Part shown: in pieces, positions 53,201-62,841 of the stretch
How positions within the stretch are numbered: the first letter of the stretch is position 1
Layout of the letters: every line of letters starts with the position of its first letter
NCBI GenBank assembly: GCA_963778505.1
Contig: CAVZUH010000004.1
Span: 889,797-953,796 of the forward strand
Reading direction: 5' to 3'
DNA: 64,000 bases
DNA from: an uncultured Actinomycetota bacterium
GTDB taxonomy: Bacteria; Actinomycetota; UBA4738; HRBIN12
The notes under the pieces: generated by a model
The model's input: the letters and a program-made list of their open reading frames with translations, nothing else
Database searches by the model: none
What the model was told of the DNA's origin: nothing
Position numbers and translations under genes: made by a program

Positions 53201-53281
53201 GAGGAGCCGAACCACTGGGTACAGGCCGAGCAGGCCCTCGTTCGCGAGCTGCGTGAGCTCTCGCAGGGCAAGGCGAGATAG
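50243..53281 (+). pseudogene. Membrane-anchored ~1000-aa coiled-coil protein with C-terminal histidine-kinase-like (degenerate DHp and HATPase) module, about 12 frame breaks
   Basis: Two TM segments (VHVALIALLVVGVAGSFW; MFFLGGALALVLLAAG). About 450 aa of E/A/R/L-rich heptad-like sequence spread over many frames. Then FLKEMSMDAQKTISRMMG (H-box position without His) and ILQGLLRSAADRTPAGKTITV...VVEDAESS (N and G1 boxes not conserved). Confidence 0.6.
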
Positions 53282-53284
53282 GCC

Positions 53285-54460
53285 TCAGACCCGCCGGAGG
53301 ACCAGCGGCGTCGCCCTGGCCACCGCCGCCGCAGATCGCAGCACCCCCCAGATCGATGCCTCGCCGCCGCATCTCCATGACGAGCGTCAGTACGATCCTC
53401 GCGCCCTGAGGAACCGATCGGATGTCCCAAAGCGACCGCTCCCCCGTTGACGTTCACGATGTCCTCGTCGACGCCGAGCATCCGGGTGGCGTGGATCGGG
53501 ACGGCTGCGAACGCCTCGTTGATCTCGATGAGACCGAGGTCCGAAGCAGCGAACCCCGACTTCTTGAGCGCGCGCTCCAGGGCCATCGCGGGGACCGTGT
53601 GCAACGACGGATACCGATCGGACAGACATCCCGTAGGCGACGATCTCGGCGAGCGGCGTCACCCCCAGCTCATGGGCCCTCTCGGTGCTCATCACGACGA
53701 CCGCGCATGCCCCGTCGGAGATCTGGGAAGCGTTCCCCGCCGTGATCGTGCCGTCCGATCGGAACGCGGGCTTCAGCCCGGCGAGGTTCTCCGGTGTCGA
53801 ATCGGGCCGGATCCCTTCGTCTCGATCCACGGTGATCGGACGCACCCTTCCCCGTGGAAACCTCGACCGGCACGACCTCGTCGGTCAGGCGGCCGGACGT
53901 CCACGCGGCGTGGGCCCGCTGATGTGACCGCGCGGCCCAGGCGTCCTGTTCCTCACGGGTGAGACCGAGCTCCGCGTTGACCTCGTCGGTGCCCTCGCCC
54001 ATGTGGTGGTCCAGGAACGACGACCACAGACCGTCGTGGATCATCGAGTCGATCAACTCGGCATCGCCGAGCCGAGACCCTTCCCGGCCTTTGGGGAGGA
54101 CGTAGGGGGCGTTGGTCATCGACTCCATGCCGCCGGCGACGGCGACCTCGATCTCCCCGGCCCTGATCATCTGGTCCGCCATCGCGATCGCCGACATCCC
54201 CGACAGACAGACCTTGTTGAGCGTGATCGCGGGAACCTCCTTGGGCAGGCCGCGCGCCGATCGAGGCCTGGAGCGAGGTGATCTGTCCGGCGCCGGCCTG
54301 CAGGACATGGCCCATGATCGTGTAGTCGACCTGTTCGCCCGCGATGTCGGCGCGCTCGACGGCGGCCCGGATCGCGTGTGCTCCCAGCTCGACGGCCTTC
54401 AGCACCGGAGAAGGCGCCTCGGAACCTCCCGGTCGGCGTCCGCGCGCCGGCGACGATCAC
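53285..54460 (-). pseudogene. Acetyl-CoA acetyltransferase (thiolase), about six frame breaks
   Basis: Segments VIVAGARTPTGRF, NKVCLSGMSAIAMA (active-site Cys), [44 protein letters not shown] and CGGGGQGDA are distributed over seven frames. The start may lie slightly upstream (GTG near 54500). Confidence 0.85.
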
Positions 54461-54532
54461 GGAACGGATGGATGTCGCTCACGGATCGAGTCTACGGCTG
54501 TCGATCGGACGAGCGAGGCTCGGGATGATCGG

Positions 54533-56279
54533 TCAGATCCGAGCCGCGAGCGCGTCCTCGATGACCTGAAGGATCTCGTCCCGAATAAGCTCGTCGCGTT
54601 CCACGAGGGCCTGCGTCAAGGAAGAGTGAACGTCCTTGTTCTCCTCGAGCACTTCCAGCACGCGCTCCTTCTGCGCCGCGAGGATGTCCTCCACGCTCTG
54701 CTTGCCGTGTTCGTCGGCCAGTACCTTCGCGACGAGGTTCGCGCCGCCGATCGGACCGTGGGAGACCGCGTCGAACGAGATCAGCGATCCGGCCATCCCG
54801 AAGGATCCGACCATCTGCGCGGCGAGCTGGGTCGCCACCATCAGGTCGTTCGCGGGGCCGGTCCCCGACTCGCCCGAGGACCAGCTCCTCGGCCGCCATC
54901 CCGCCGAGGGCGATCGCGATCCCGGACTCGATCTCGGTCCGGTTCCTCGTGAACCGCTCTTCCTCGTCACCGTGGGCGAGCAAGCCGAGCGATCCTCGCC
55001 GCTTGATGATCGACAGCACCTCGAGCCGGCGGTTCTGCCCCAGGAAGTGCGCGACGGTTGCGTGTCCCGCCTCGTGCACGGCCACGGCGCGACGGTCGTT
55101 GTCGGTGTACGTGACGGCCTGCTTGAGGCCGATCTCCTCGGTGAACTTCGCCTCCATCACGTCCGCGAAGTTCATCTCCCGCCGGCCCTCGCGGAGTGCG
55201 ACCAGCAGAGATTCGTCGAAAAGATGCTCGATCATGACCGGCGTGTACGCGAAACACTCGTGCGCGATGCGTGTCCGGACCGCGGGATCGTCGAGCTGGT
55301 CGTGGTGCTTCTTCCGCTCCAGGAAGTAGTCGACCAGGTCCTCCCGCTCGCTCTGGGTCGGCACATCGAAGTACAAGCGCCTGTCGAAGCGACCGGGCCG
55401 CATGAGCGCGGTGTCGAGCGAATCCGCTCGGTTCGTGGCGGCGATCAGCAAGATGTTGTGGTATTCGGACGCGAGCATCTTGAACTGCCAGTTGGCCGGG
55501 AGATAGCTGTTCAGCCACCCGAGGAATTTGCCTCGGATCCGCGTCCGGAGGCGCGGCTGGTCGAACGACTGCATCTGGATCAGGAGCTCGTTGACCATCC
55601 CGCCCGTGTTCGAGGACATGAACCTGCTGACGGAGCGTTCCATGCCGTCCGGTGACGCAGGGCTGACGCCGTCACGCGACTGCGCGATCGCATCGATCTC
55701 CTCGATGAAGCCGATCGCGCCCCCTTCCTTGCGCGCCGCCTTGCGGAGAGCCTTGAAGAACGAGCGGATCCGGTACGCTGTCATCCCGAACCACATCGAT
55801 TGGAGCGCCGTCGCCGAGATGAACAGGAACGGGACGCCCGCCTGCTTGGCCATGGCCTTCGCCAGGTAGGTCTTCCCCGTCCCCGGCGGTCCTTCGAACA
55901 GGATCCCACGCCGGGGCGTCCCACCGAGCTCGTCTCGGAACGTCCCGTAGCCGAGGAACACGTCGAGCGTGCGCAGCACCTCGTCGACCTGCGTATCCAG
56001 ACCCTTCAGGTCCGTCAGCCCGACCTCGACCTGTTCCGGATAGACCGTGATGTGCGGCGAACGGCCGGAGAGCAGAGGCATGGCGACCATGAGTCCGATC
56101 GCCACGATGAGCAACATCGCCGGCAGATAGACCTCCCACGGGAAGCTCTCCGGGATGGTGGGCAGTCGGAGCGGCCGGCCCGTCGAGTACCGCCACCAGA
56201 GGTAGGCGTCCAGCGCGGTCACGACGGCGATCGCGCGGAGCAGGCGCTTGCGCTTCGTCCGCTCACGCTGGCGGAACAC
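54533..56279 (-). pseudogene. FtsH-like AAA+ zinc metalloprotease (atypical), one frame break near 54878
   Basis: Two TM segments. Walker A GPPGTGKT, Walker B FIEEID, AATNRADSLDTALMRPGRFD, and protease motif HEAGHA. The C-terminal part (GESGTGPANDLMVATQLA...) lies in ORF 54533..54970. There are about 35-40 extra residues between Walker B and AATNR compared with E. coli FtsH. Confidence 0.85.
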
Positions 56280-56489
56280 GTCTGCGCGGCCCGCGCGGAG
56301 CGTGCGTCGAGCCGGAGAGGAGGGCTGCTGCTGTCGCGCTGTGGGTCTTCTCCGTCACCGTTTCCTCCGAGATGGACCGGCCTGGTGGGGTCCTGGCCTC
56401 TCCGGAGCACGGTATACCCTTCGCTGTCCCCCGTGAATCCGACCTTTGGCCCCAACTGGGGGATACGCCTCCCCGCCGAAAGTCCCAAG

Positions 56490-56886
56490 GTGGTTCGGTA
56501 TCGTGCGGCCGTGGCCCGCACCAAACAACCTCCGATAAGCGCCGAGGACCGGTTGGTCGTGGGTGGGTTGCTTCGTGAGCTGCGGAAGTCCACCGGTTAC
56601 CGGTCCGTCGAGTCAGCCGCCGCCGTCGACCGGGGCACCGTCCTCACGGCAGACGATCTATGCCTACGAGCGAGGAGGACTCACGCCGTCGCTCGCCCAG
56701 TTCCTCGACCTCGTGGAGTTCTACGTGCTCCGGGCTCCTCACCTCGACGGCGCGAAGCAAGAGGACGATCTTCGCGCCCAGGGGGTCGCGGCCGTCACGC
56801 GGGCCCTCACACTTCCTCTGTACCACGTGACGGCCGCCCACGACCTGGTCGCGCGGATGCAGCCCGGCGCTCGGAGGAAGCGATGA
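56490..56886 (+). pseudogene. XRE-type helix-turn-helix protein, one frame break near 56630
   Basis: LLRELRKSTGYRSVESAAAV (frame of ORF 55800..57284) continues as SRQTIYAYERGGLTPSLAQFLDLVEFY (ORF 56563..56886). The stop overlaps the mce start (ATGA). The start could also be 56511. Confidence 0.55.
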
Positions 56887-57284
56887 GCGTCGACTTCGAC
56901 CACGTCGGGATCGCCGTGCGGGATCTGGACGCCGCGGTCGAGCGCTACCGGCGAACGCTCGGTCTCACACCAACCCACCGGGAACGCGTGGAGGATCAAG
57001 GTGTCGAGGAGGTCCTGTTCCCCGTCGGGGACTCGTTCATCCAGCTGCTCGGGGCGCTGGGACCCGACACACCCGTCGGTGCCTTCCTCGCGAAGCGAGG
57101 CCCCGGTGTGCATCACGTCGCGTACCGGGTCGAGGACGTGGCGGCGGCGCTTGCCCGCCTCAGCGATGAGGGAGTCCGGCTGATCGACGAAGTTCCGAGG
57201 CGCGGCTCACGCGGAACCCTGATCGCGTTCGTTCATCCGAGGGACATGGAAGGCGTCCTCGTCGAGCTGGTGCAGGTCCCCTGA
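56883..57284 (+). CDS. mce: Methylmalonyl-CoA epimerase (VOC/glyoxalase fold)
   Basis: 133 aa. FDHVGIAVRDLDAAVERY..., GPGVHHVAYRVEDV and AFVHPRDMEGVLVELVQ. Confidence 0.88.
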   Translation: MSVDFDHVGIAVRDLDAAVERYRRTLGLTPTHRERVEDQGVEEVLFPVGDSFIQLLGALGPDTPVGAFLAKRGPGVHHVAYRVEDVAAALARLSDEGVRLIDEVPRRGSRGTLIAFVHPRDMEGVLVELVQVP

Positions 57285-57296
57285 TCGGCTTGGTCC

Positions 57297-58540
57297 TCAC
57301 CCCAGACCCACGAGACCGGGCGCCGGCGCGTTGATCAGCACCGCGACGTTCCCCTCGGGGAGCTTCCCGTCGGCCATCAGCTGATGCGCGTGGGCGGCCT
57401 CTCCGTATCCGTAGGTGTGGCCCAGGGTCGTTCGGATCTTCCCTTCTCGCGACGAGTTCGTTGAACGCGGCCGCCTGCTCGTCGTTGAACAGATGGGAGC
57501 CTTGGTACCGTTTCTGGAGGTACCAGAGGTAGCGCACGTCGATCAGTGTGTCGTAGCCCGAGGTGCCTGCGCAGATGACGATCATGCCTCCGCGATCGCA
57601 CACGAAGTTCGACGTGGGGATCGTGTCCTGTCCCGGGTGCTCGAACACGATCTTCGGGTTCGTCTTCTCGCCCACCACGTCCCAGATGGCCTTCCCGAAC
57701 GCCTTCGCGCCGTCGAGCCACGCCTTCCAGTCGGGCGAATCCCACGCCGGCGGCACCCCCCAGTGCGAGTAGTCCCTCCTGTTGATGTAACCGATCGCGC
57801 CGAGAGCCTTGCAGTACTCGCCCCTCTCGTCGGAAGAAACCACCGCGACCGCCCGGCCACCCGCGAGCGCGACCATCTGGATCGCGAGCGAGCCGAGCCC
57901 GCCCCCGCCACCCCAGACGAGCACCACGTCCCCCGGCTTCACGGTGTTCGGAGCCCATCCGTGCAGCATCCGGTAGGCGGTCGACCCCGTGAGGGTCGGG
58001 GCCGCGGCTTCCTCCCAGGTGAGCCGGTCGGCCTTCGGCAGGCACTGATGCGCCTGCACCTTGGTGAACTGGGCCATCGATCCCCAGCACGTGTCGTACC
58101 CCCACACGCGGAAGCTCGAAGAGAGCCCCGGGTCGTTCCCCTCGACGACCCAGGGGTCGTCCGGATCCCATTGACCTGCGTGCACCACGACGTGGTCACC
58201 GACGGCGACCGCCGCTCACGTCGGATCCGACCGCATACACCACCCCAGAGGCGTCGGACCCCACGATGTGGAAGTCGGTCGGCTCGCCCCAGCGCGCTTG
58301 GGTCTTCGTCACGTCGACCGGAACGCCGCGAGCCGCCCACACGTTGTTGAAGTTCACGCCTGCCGCCATCACCATCACGAGCGCGTCCTCGGGACCGATC
58401 GCAGGAACGTCGATCACCTCGTCGCGGATCGCGTCATGCGGCTCGCCGAAGGCGTCGGGGCGCACGACCTGCGCGTGCATGTGAGCAGGCACGTCGCCGA
58501 CGAGGGGTATCTCGCCGATCGCGAACAGATCCTTCGTCAT
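57297..58540 (-). pseudogene. ccr: Crotonyl-CoA carboxylase/reductase family enzyme, two frame breaks (near 58212 and 57445)
   Basis: ATG at 58540 (GGAGG upstream). [52 protein letters not shown] and TSGYDTLIDVRYLWYLQKRYQGSH closely parallel Streptomyces Ccr as I recall it. Confidence 0.82.
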
Positions 58541-58621
58541 GGCACCTCCGCAGCGGGATGGGGAAGCGAACCCTAGCAACGGAGGATGCGCGCCGCGACG
58601 CATCCCTGAGACGATGTCATC

Positions 58622-59164
58622 GTGGATAGCCTCAGAGGTCATCTGCTCGTCTCCGGTCCCGGCTTGTGGGACCCGAACTTCCGGCGGACCGTGGTCCTGA
58701 TCGGCCACCACGACGACGAGGGCGCCGTGGGCGTCGTGCTGAACCAGCCCCTCGACGCCACCGTGGAGGAGGCTGCACCGCCGCTCTCCCCGCTGGTGCC
58801 GTCCGGCGAAACGCTCTTCCGTGGCGGGCCGGTGCAGCCGGAGGCGGCCGTCGTGCTCGCGGATTTCGAAGATCCCGACCGCGCAGGGGTTCTCGCGCTC
58901 GACTCGATCGGGTTCCTGCCCGAAGAGAGCGATACCGACTCTCTGGGCGGCCTGCGGCGTGCCCGGGTCTTCGCCGGCTACGCCGGTTGGGGCGCAGGGC
59001 AGTTGGAGGCGGAGATGACGGAGGACTCGTGGCACGCGACCGCCGCGCTCCCGGGCGACGTCTTCACGGACTCTCCGGAAGGCCTCTGGGCCAGGGCCGT
59101 GGGACGCCTCGGCCCCGGTTTCCGGCTCCTGATCACGATGCCGCTGGACCCGTCCCAGAACTAG
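58622..59164 (+). CDS. YqgE/AlgH-family protein (UPF0301)
   Basis: 180 aa. [36 protein letters not shown] and [16 protein letters not shown]. Confidence 0.9.
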   Translation: MDSLRGHLLVSGPGLWDPNFRRTVVLIGHHDDEGAVGVVLNQPLDATVEEAAPPLSPLVPSGETLFRGGPVQPEAAVVLADFEDPDRAGVLALDSIGFLPEESDTDSLGGLRRARVFAGYAGWGAGQLEAEMTEDSWHATAALPGDVFTDSPEGLWARAVGRLGPGFRLLITMPLDPSQN

Positions 59165-60081
59165 GCGGGCCGCGATTCCGCGCTGGGACACACGTACGCC
59201 CGAGGACACCAGGCGCACCACGAGCCCGGCGTGAGCAGCGGTTGACGACCGCCAAGGAGGGCACGGGCTGCTCGCGCGGCGGCGACAACCCGGTCGGCCG
59301 CGTGGAAGAGCGTCTCCTCCGCAACCTCTTCCGATTGCCACTCCCCCGAGTCGAGGAACAGCGACGCCACGCGATAGGGCGGGACGCCGAAGCGCAGCGT
59401 CATCAGCAAGGCGTAGAAGCGCATGTCCTCCGCATACTCGGGCCACGCGCCCCCCGTCTTCAGGTCGACGGCGAGACGGGTGCCTCGGCCAGGCTCCAGC
59501 CGATCCGGCACACCGAGGACGAGGTCGATCTTGCCGGAGAGGGTCAGGGCCCCACCGAGGAGCTGTGCCTTGACCGGGAGCTCCGTGACCGGTGCCATCT
59601 CACGGCGGAGCTCCCGGAGGGGAGGGAAGGACCCCTGGAAGAGGGTCACCTTCCGCGCGACGTCCATCAGGAGCTCGTCTTGCTCGGGACCCGTCCGCTC
59701 ACGCCAGTACTCGGCGAACCGCTCTTCTCGTTCGGTCAACCGCTCCGAGGCCGTGACGGCGATCGCGTGCGGATCGAGCCCGTCGCGGGCGCCCACGTCG
59801 ACCTCGATGGCCTTGTGGACGAGCACCCCGGTCGCCGTGTTGACGGAATGCTCGAACGGCGGATCCTCGCCCTCCAGCCGGGCCGCGAACCGGCCCTCGC
59901 ACCGGGACACCTGGTTCAGGGCCTCCTTGCCGAGCCAGAGGGGCTCCTGGAGCTCGAGCTCGCGGGCCGCGCTTTCGATCCTGTCGACGAGCCGCTGCCG
60001 GAGATCCGTGGCGAAGACGGGCCGCTCCCCTGTGCCGATCAGCCGGTCGAGCGTCCGGCGCTGCGGGTCGGTGAGGAGCAT
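59161..60081 (-). CDS. PD-(D/E)XK nuclease, RecB/Cas4-like with putative 4-Cys Fe-S staple
   Basis: Start at ATG 60081 within ORF 59161..60693. GKIDLV...AVDLKTG (D...D-x-K) and MRFYALL (QxxxY-like position). One N-terminal Cys (VSRCEG) plus a C-terminal [10 protein letters not shown] (CX2CX5C). Confidence 0.78.
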   Translation of the reverse strand: MLLTDPQRRTLDRLIGTGERPVFATDLRQRLVDRIESAARELELQEPLWLGKEALNQVSRCEGRFAARLEGEDPPFEHSVNTATGVLVHKAIEVDVGARDGLDPHAIAVTASERLTEREERFAEYWRERTGPEQDELLMDVARKVTLFQGSFPPLRELRREMAPVTELPVKAQLLGGALTLSGKIDLVLGVPDRLEPGRGTRLAVDLKTGGAWPEYAEDMRFYALLMTLRFGVPPYRVASLFLDSGEWQSEEVAEETLFHAADRVVAAARAARALLGGRQPLLTPGSWCAWCPRAYVCPSAESRPA

Positions 60082-60087
60082 CGCATC

Positions 60088-60660
60088 ATGGTAAGGAACG
60101 AGACCGACATGACCGAGCACCCCGACGACATCCTTCGCGCGCTCGCTGATCCGGAGCGGCTGCGGATCGCCGGCGCCCTGGCGGCGGGCGACGCCGCGGC
60201 CGCGACCTTGGCCGAGACCCTCGAGCTCCCTCTCGCCCGAGTGCGGCGGCATCTCACCCGTCTCGCGGCCGCCGGCGTCGCCCGCTTGCAACCAGACAGG
60301 CGCACCTACCGCCTCGACCGAGAGACGCTTCGATCCGCTGCCGAGCAAGTGGGACCTCCCCGCGACGCGGGGATCGCGCTGGGTGCGGCCACCGAAGACG
60401 AAGAGGCAGTCCTCCGCACGTTCTTCCGCGAGGGTCGCATCACGGAGATCCCGATGAAGGCGTCCAAGCGACGGATCGTGCTCGAGCGCGTGGCGATCGA
60501 GTTCGAGCCGGGCGTCCGCTATGGCGAGCCGGAGGTGAACGCGATCGTCGGCGCCTTCTACAACGACCACGCGGCGCTCCGCCGATACCTCGTCGACGAG
60601 GGGTTCCTCGACCGACGGTCCGGCGTCTACTGGCGAGCCGGCGGGCCGGTCGAGGTGTAG
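60088..60660 (+). CDS. ArsR-type winged-helix protein fused to a DUF2087 domain
   Basis: ILRALADPERLRIAGALA...LAETLELPLARVRRHLTRL, then RITEIPMKASKRRIVLERVAIEFEPGVRYGEPEVN...LRRYLVDEGFLDR. An alternative start is ATG 60109. Confidence 0.72.
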   Translation: MVRNETDMTEHPDDILRALADPERLRIAGALAAGDAAAATLAETLELPLARVRRHLTRLAAAGVARLQPDRRTYRLDRETLRSAAEQVGPPRDAGIALGAATEDEEAVLRTFFREGRITEIPMKASKRRIVLERVAIEFEPGVRYGEPEVNAIVGAFYNDHAALRRYLVDEGFLDRRSGVYWRAGGPVEV

Positions 60661-60747
60661 ACGGGCCGCCCCAGGTCGGGGTAGTGTCCGCATCGAGCCG
60701 CCGAGCGGGACCTTCCCATCGGCGGTTCCGCGCGTTCAGAGAAGAGA

Positions 60748-61194
60748 GTGGCGTTGAGAACGATCGGATCCGCGATCACAACCGTGGTGCTGTTCGCGCA
60801 CGTCCTCCTCGGGGCCACGCCGGCGTCCGCGCAGGGCCCGTGCGACTTCCCTCGGACGGACGGAGAGTCGATCCAGCAGTTCGCCAGGCGACGGATCGTC
60901 TGCGCCGTGAAGGAGTTCGGCCCCGTCCCGGGAGGGGCCGCCCGCGCCGTGTGCATCGCCAGGCGCGAGAGTGGCCTGAACCCGGCGGCGATGTCGCAAC
61001 CCACGGGTCGGTACCGCGGCCTGTTCCAGCACGACCGGGCCTACTGGCAGTGGCGCTACGAGAGGTACACGGTCCCGGCGGAGGGTCTATCCCCGCGCGC
61101 ACTGAACGGACGGACGAACGCGATCGTCACGATCAAGATGGTGGCCGACCACGGGACGTGGTGGAAGGCAGGCTGGCCTCCGAAGAAGTGCTGA
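60748..61194 (+). CDS. Secreted lysozyme-like / transglycosylase (SLT-like) domain protein
   Basis: 148 aa. Signal peptide ...GATPASAQG. CIARRESGLNPAA...YRGLFQ resembles the catalytic Glu-Ser ... GLFQ pattern. Confidence 0.6.
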   Translation: MALRTIGSAITTVVLFAHVLLGATPASAQGPCDFPRTDGESIQQFARRRIVCAVKEFGPVPGGAARAVCIARRESGLNPAAMSQPTGRYRGLFQHDRAYWQWRYERYTVPAEGLSPRALNGRTNAIVTIKMVADHGTWWKAGWPPKKC

Positions 61195-61232
61195 GCGGCC
61201 CCTTGGCACCGACCCACGGCTAGACTCCGCCT

Positions 61233-62822
61233 ATGGCGACCACCGACAAGAACGTCGAGTCCGTGAGCACGATCACCGTCGAGGAACGGATCGACGAGCT
61301 GCGGAAGCGCAGGAAAGCGGCCCTCACCCCGGGAGGCAGGGACGCCGCCGCCAAGCAACACGAACGCGGGAAGCTCACCGCCCGCGAGCGGGTCCAGCTC
61401 CTGATGGACAAGGGATCCTTCGTCGAGACCGACCCGTTCGCGGTCCACCGGGCGCACGACTTCGGGATGGACCGCAAGCGCCCGCCCGGCGACGGCGTCA
61501 TCACGGGCTATGGGACCGTCGACGGCCGCAAGGTCTTCGTGGCATCGCAGGACTTCGCGGTCTTCGGCGGCTCGATGGGTGAGGTCCACGCGCAGAAGGT
61601 GTGCAAGGTGATGGACCTCGCGATCTCCACCGGCGCGCCTTTCGTGCAGATCAACGACTCCGGAGGAGCGCGGATCCAGGAGGGCGCCGCGTCGCTCGCC
61701 GGATACGGCTTCATCTTCGAACGGAACGTCCGCGCGAGCGGCGTGATCCCCCAGATCTCCGTGATCATGGGCCCGTGCGCCGGGGGCGCCGTCTATTCGC
61801 CGGCGATCACCGACTTCACGTTCATGGTGAAGGACACCTCGCACATGTTCATCACCGGCCCCGACGTGATCAAGACGGTGACCGGCGAGGAGGTCACCTT
61901 CGAGGAACTCGGCGGTGCGATGACGCACGCGACGAAGTCCGGGGTCGCGTCGTTGATCGGCGAGGACGACGAAGACGTGTTGAACCGCGTTCGCTACCTG
62001 CTCTCGTTCCTTCCGTCGAACAACCTCGAGGACCCGCCCGCCTACGCGACCACCGACGATCCCGAGCGGATGGACCAGGGCCTCACGCATGTCGTGCCCG
62101 CCCGGGCCAAGGAGCCCTACGACATGCACGAGGTGATCCGGAGGGTCGTCGACGACGGCGAGTTCCTCGAGATCTTCCCGCTCTGGGCGATGACGGTCGT
62201 GACCGGCTTCGCGCGGCTCGACGGCCGTTCGGTGGGGATCGTGGCGAATCAGCCCAAGGTGAACGCGGGCACGCTCGACATCGACGCCAGCGAGAAGGCG
62301 TCACGGTTCGTGCGGTTCTGCGACTCCTTCAACATCCCGTTGCTCACGTTCGTCGACGTACCCGGCTTCCTCCCCGGCACACAGCAGGAGTACGGCGGGA
62401 TCATCCGTCACGGGGCGAAGCTGCTCTATGCGTTCGCTGAGGCGACCGTGCCGCGGATGACGGTGATCACGAAGAAGGCGTACGGGGGCGCGTACCTCGT
62501 CATGAACTCGAAGCACCTGCGCGCCGACGTGTCGTTCGCCTGGCCGACCGCCGAGATCGCGGTGATGGGCGCGGAGGGCGCGGTGAACGTGGTGTTCCGC
62601 AAGGAGATCGAGAAGGCCGCCGACCCGGAGGCTCGACGCCAGGAGCTGATCCGCGAGTACCGAGAGAAGTTCTCGACACCGTACGCGGCTGCCGAGCGCG
62701 GGTTCATCGACGACGTGATCGAGCCCGCCGAGACGAGACCTCGGTTGATCAAGGCTCTCCGGATGCTGTCCACCAAGCGAGAAACGATCCCGGCGCGCAA
62801 GCACGGGAACATCCCTCTGTGA
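61233..62822 (+). CDS. pccB: Acyl-CoA (propionyl-CoA) carboxylase carboxyltransferase beta subunit
   Basis: 529 aa, uninterrupted. [72 protein letters not shown] and AYGGAY. Confidence 0.95.
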   Translation: MATTDKNVESVSTITVEERIDELRKRRKAALTPGGRDAAAKQHERGKLTARERVQLLMDKGSFVETDPFAVHRAHDFGMDRKRPPGDGVITGYGTVDGRKVFVASQDFAVFGGSMGEVHAQKVCKVMDLAISTGAPFVQINDSGGARIQEGAASLAGYGFIFERNVRASGVIPQISVIMGPCAGGAVYSPAITDFTFMVKDTSHMFITGPDVIKTVTGEEVTFEELGGAMTHATKSGVASLIGEDDEDVLNRVRYLLSFLPSNNLEDPPAYATTDDPERMDQGLTHVVPARAKEPYDMHEVIRRVVDDGEFLEIFPLWAMTVVTGFARLDGRSVGIVANQPKVNAGTLDIDASEKASRFVRFCDSFNIPLLTFVDVPGFLPGTQQEYGGIIRHGAKLLYAFAEATVPRMTVITKKAYGGAYLVMNSKHLRADVSFAWPTAEIAVMGAEGAVNVVFRKEIEKAADPEARRQELIREYREKFSTPYAAAERGFIDDVIEPAETRPRLIKALRMLSTKRETIPARKHGNIPL

Positions 62823-62841
62823 CGATGAACGGCGCCGGGTC

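Noticed and set aside
46011-54460. Programmed ribosomal frameshifting or transcriptional slippage as an explanation for the frame breaks.
   Set aside because: There are too many sites (up to about 12 per gene). The sequence contexts I checked are heterogeneous, not slippery heptamers. Breaks affect unrelated housekeeping genes. Sequence error or pseudogenisation is far more plausible.
60661-60747. Possible c-di-AMP (ydaO-type) riboswitch ahead of the secreted transglycosylase-like gene.
   Set aside because: The spacer is only about 87 nt, and I could not identify the conserved ydaO core elements.
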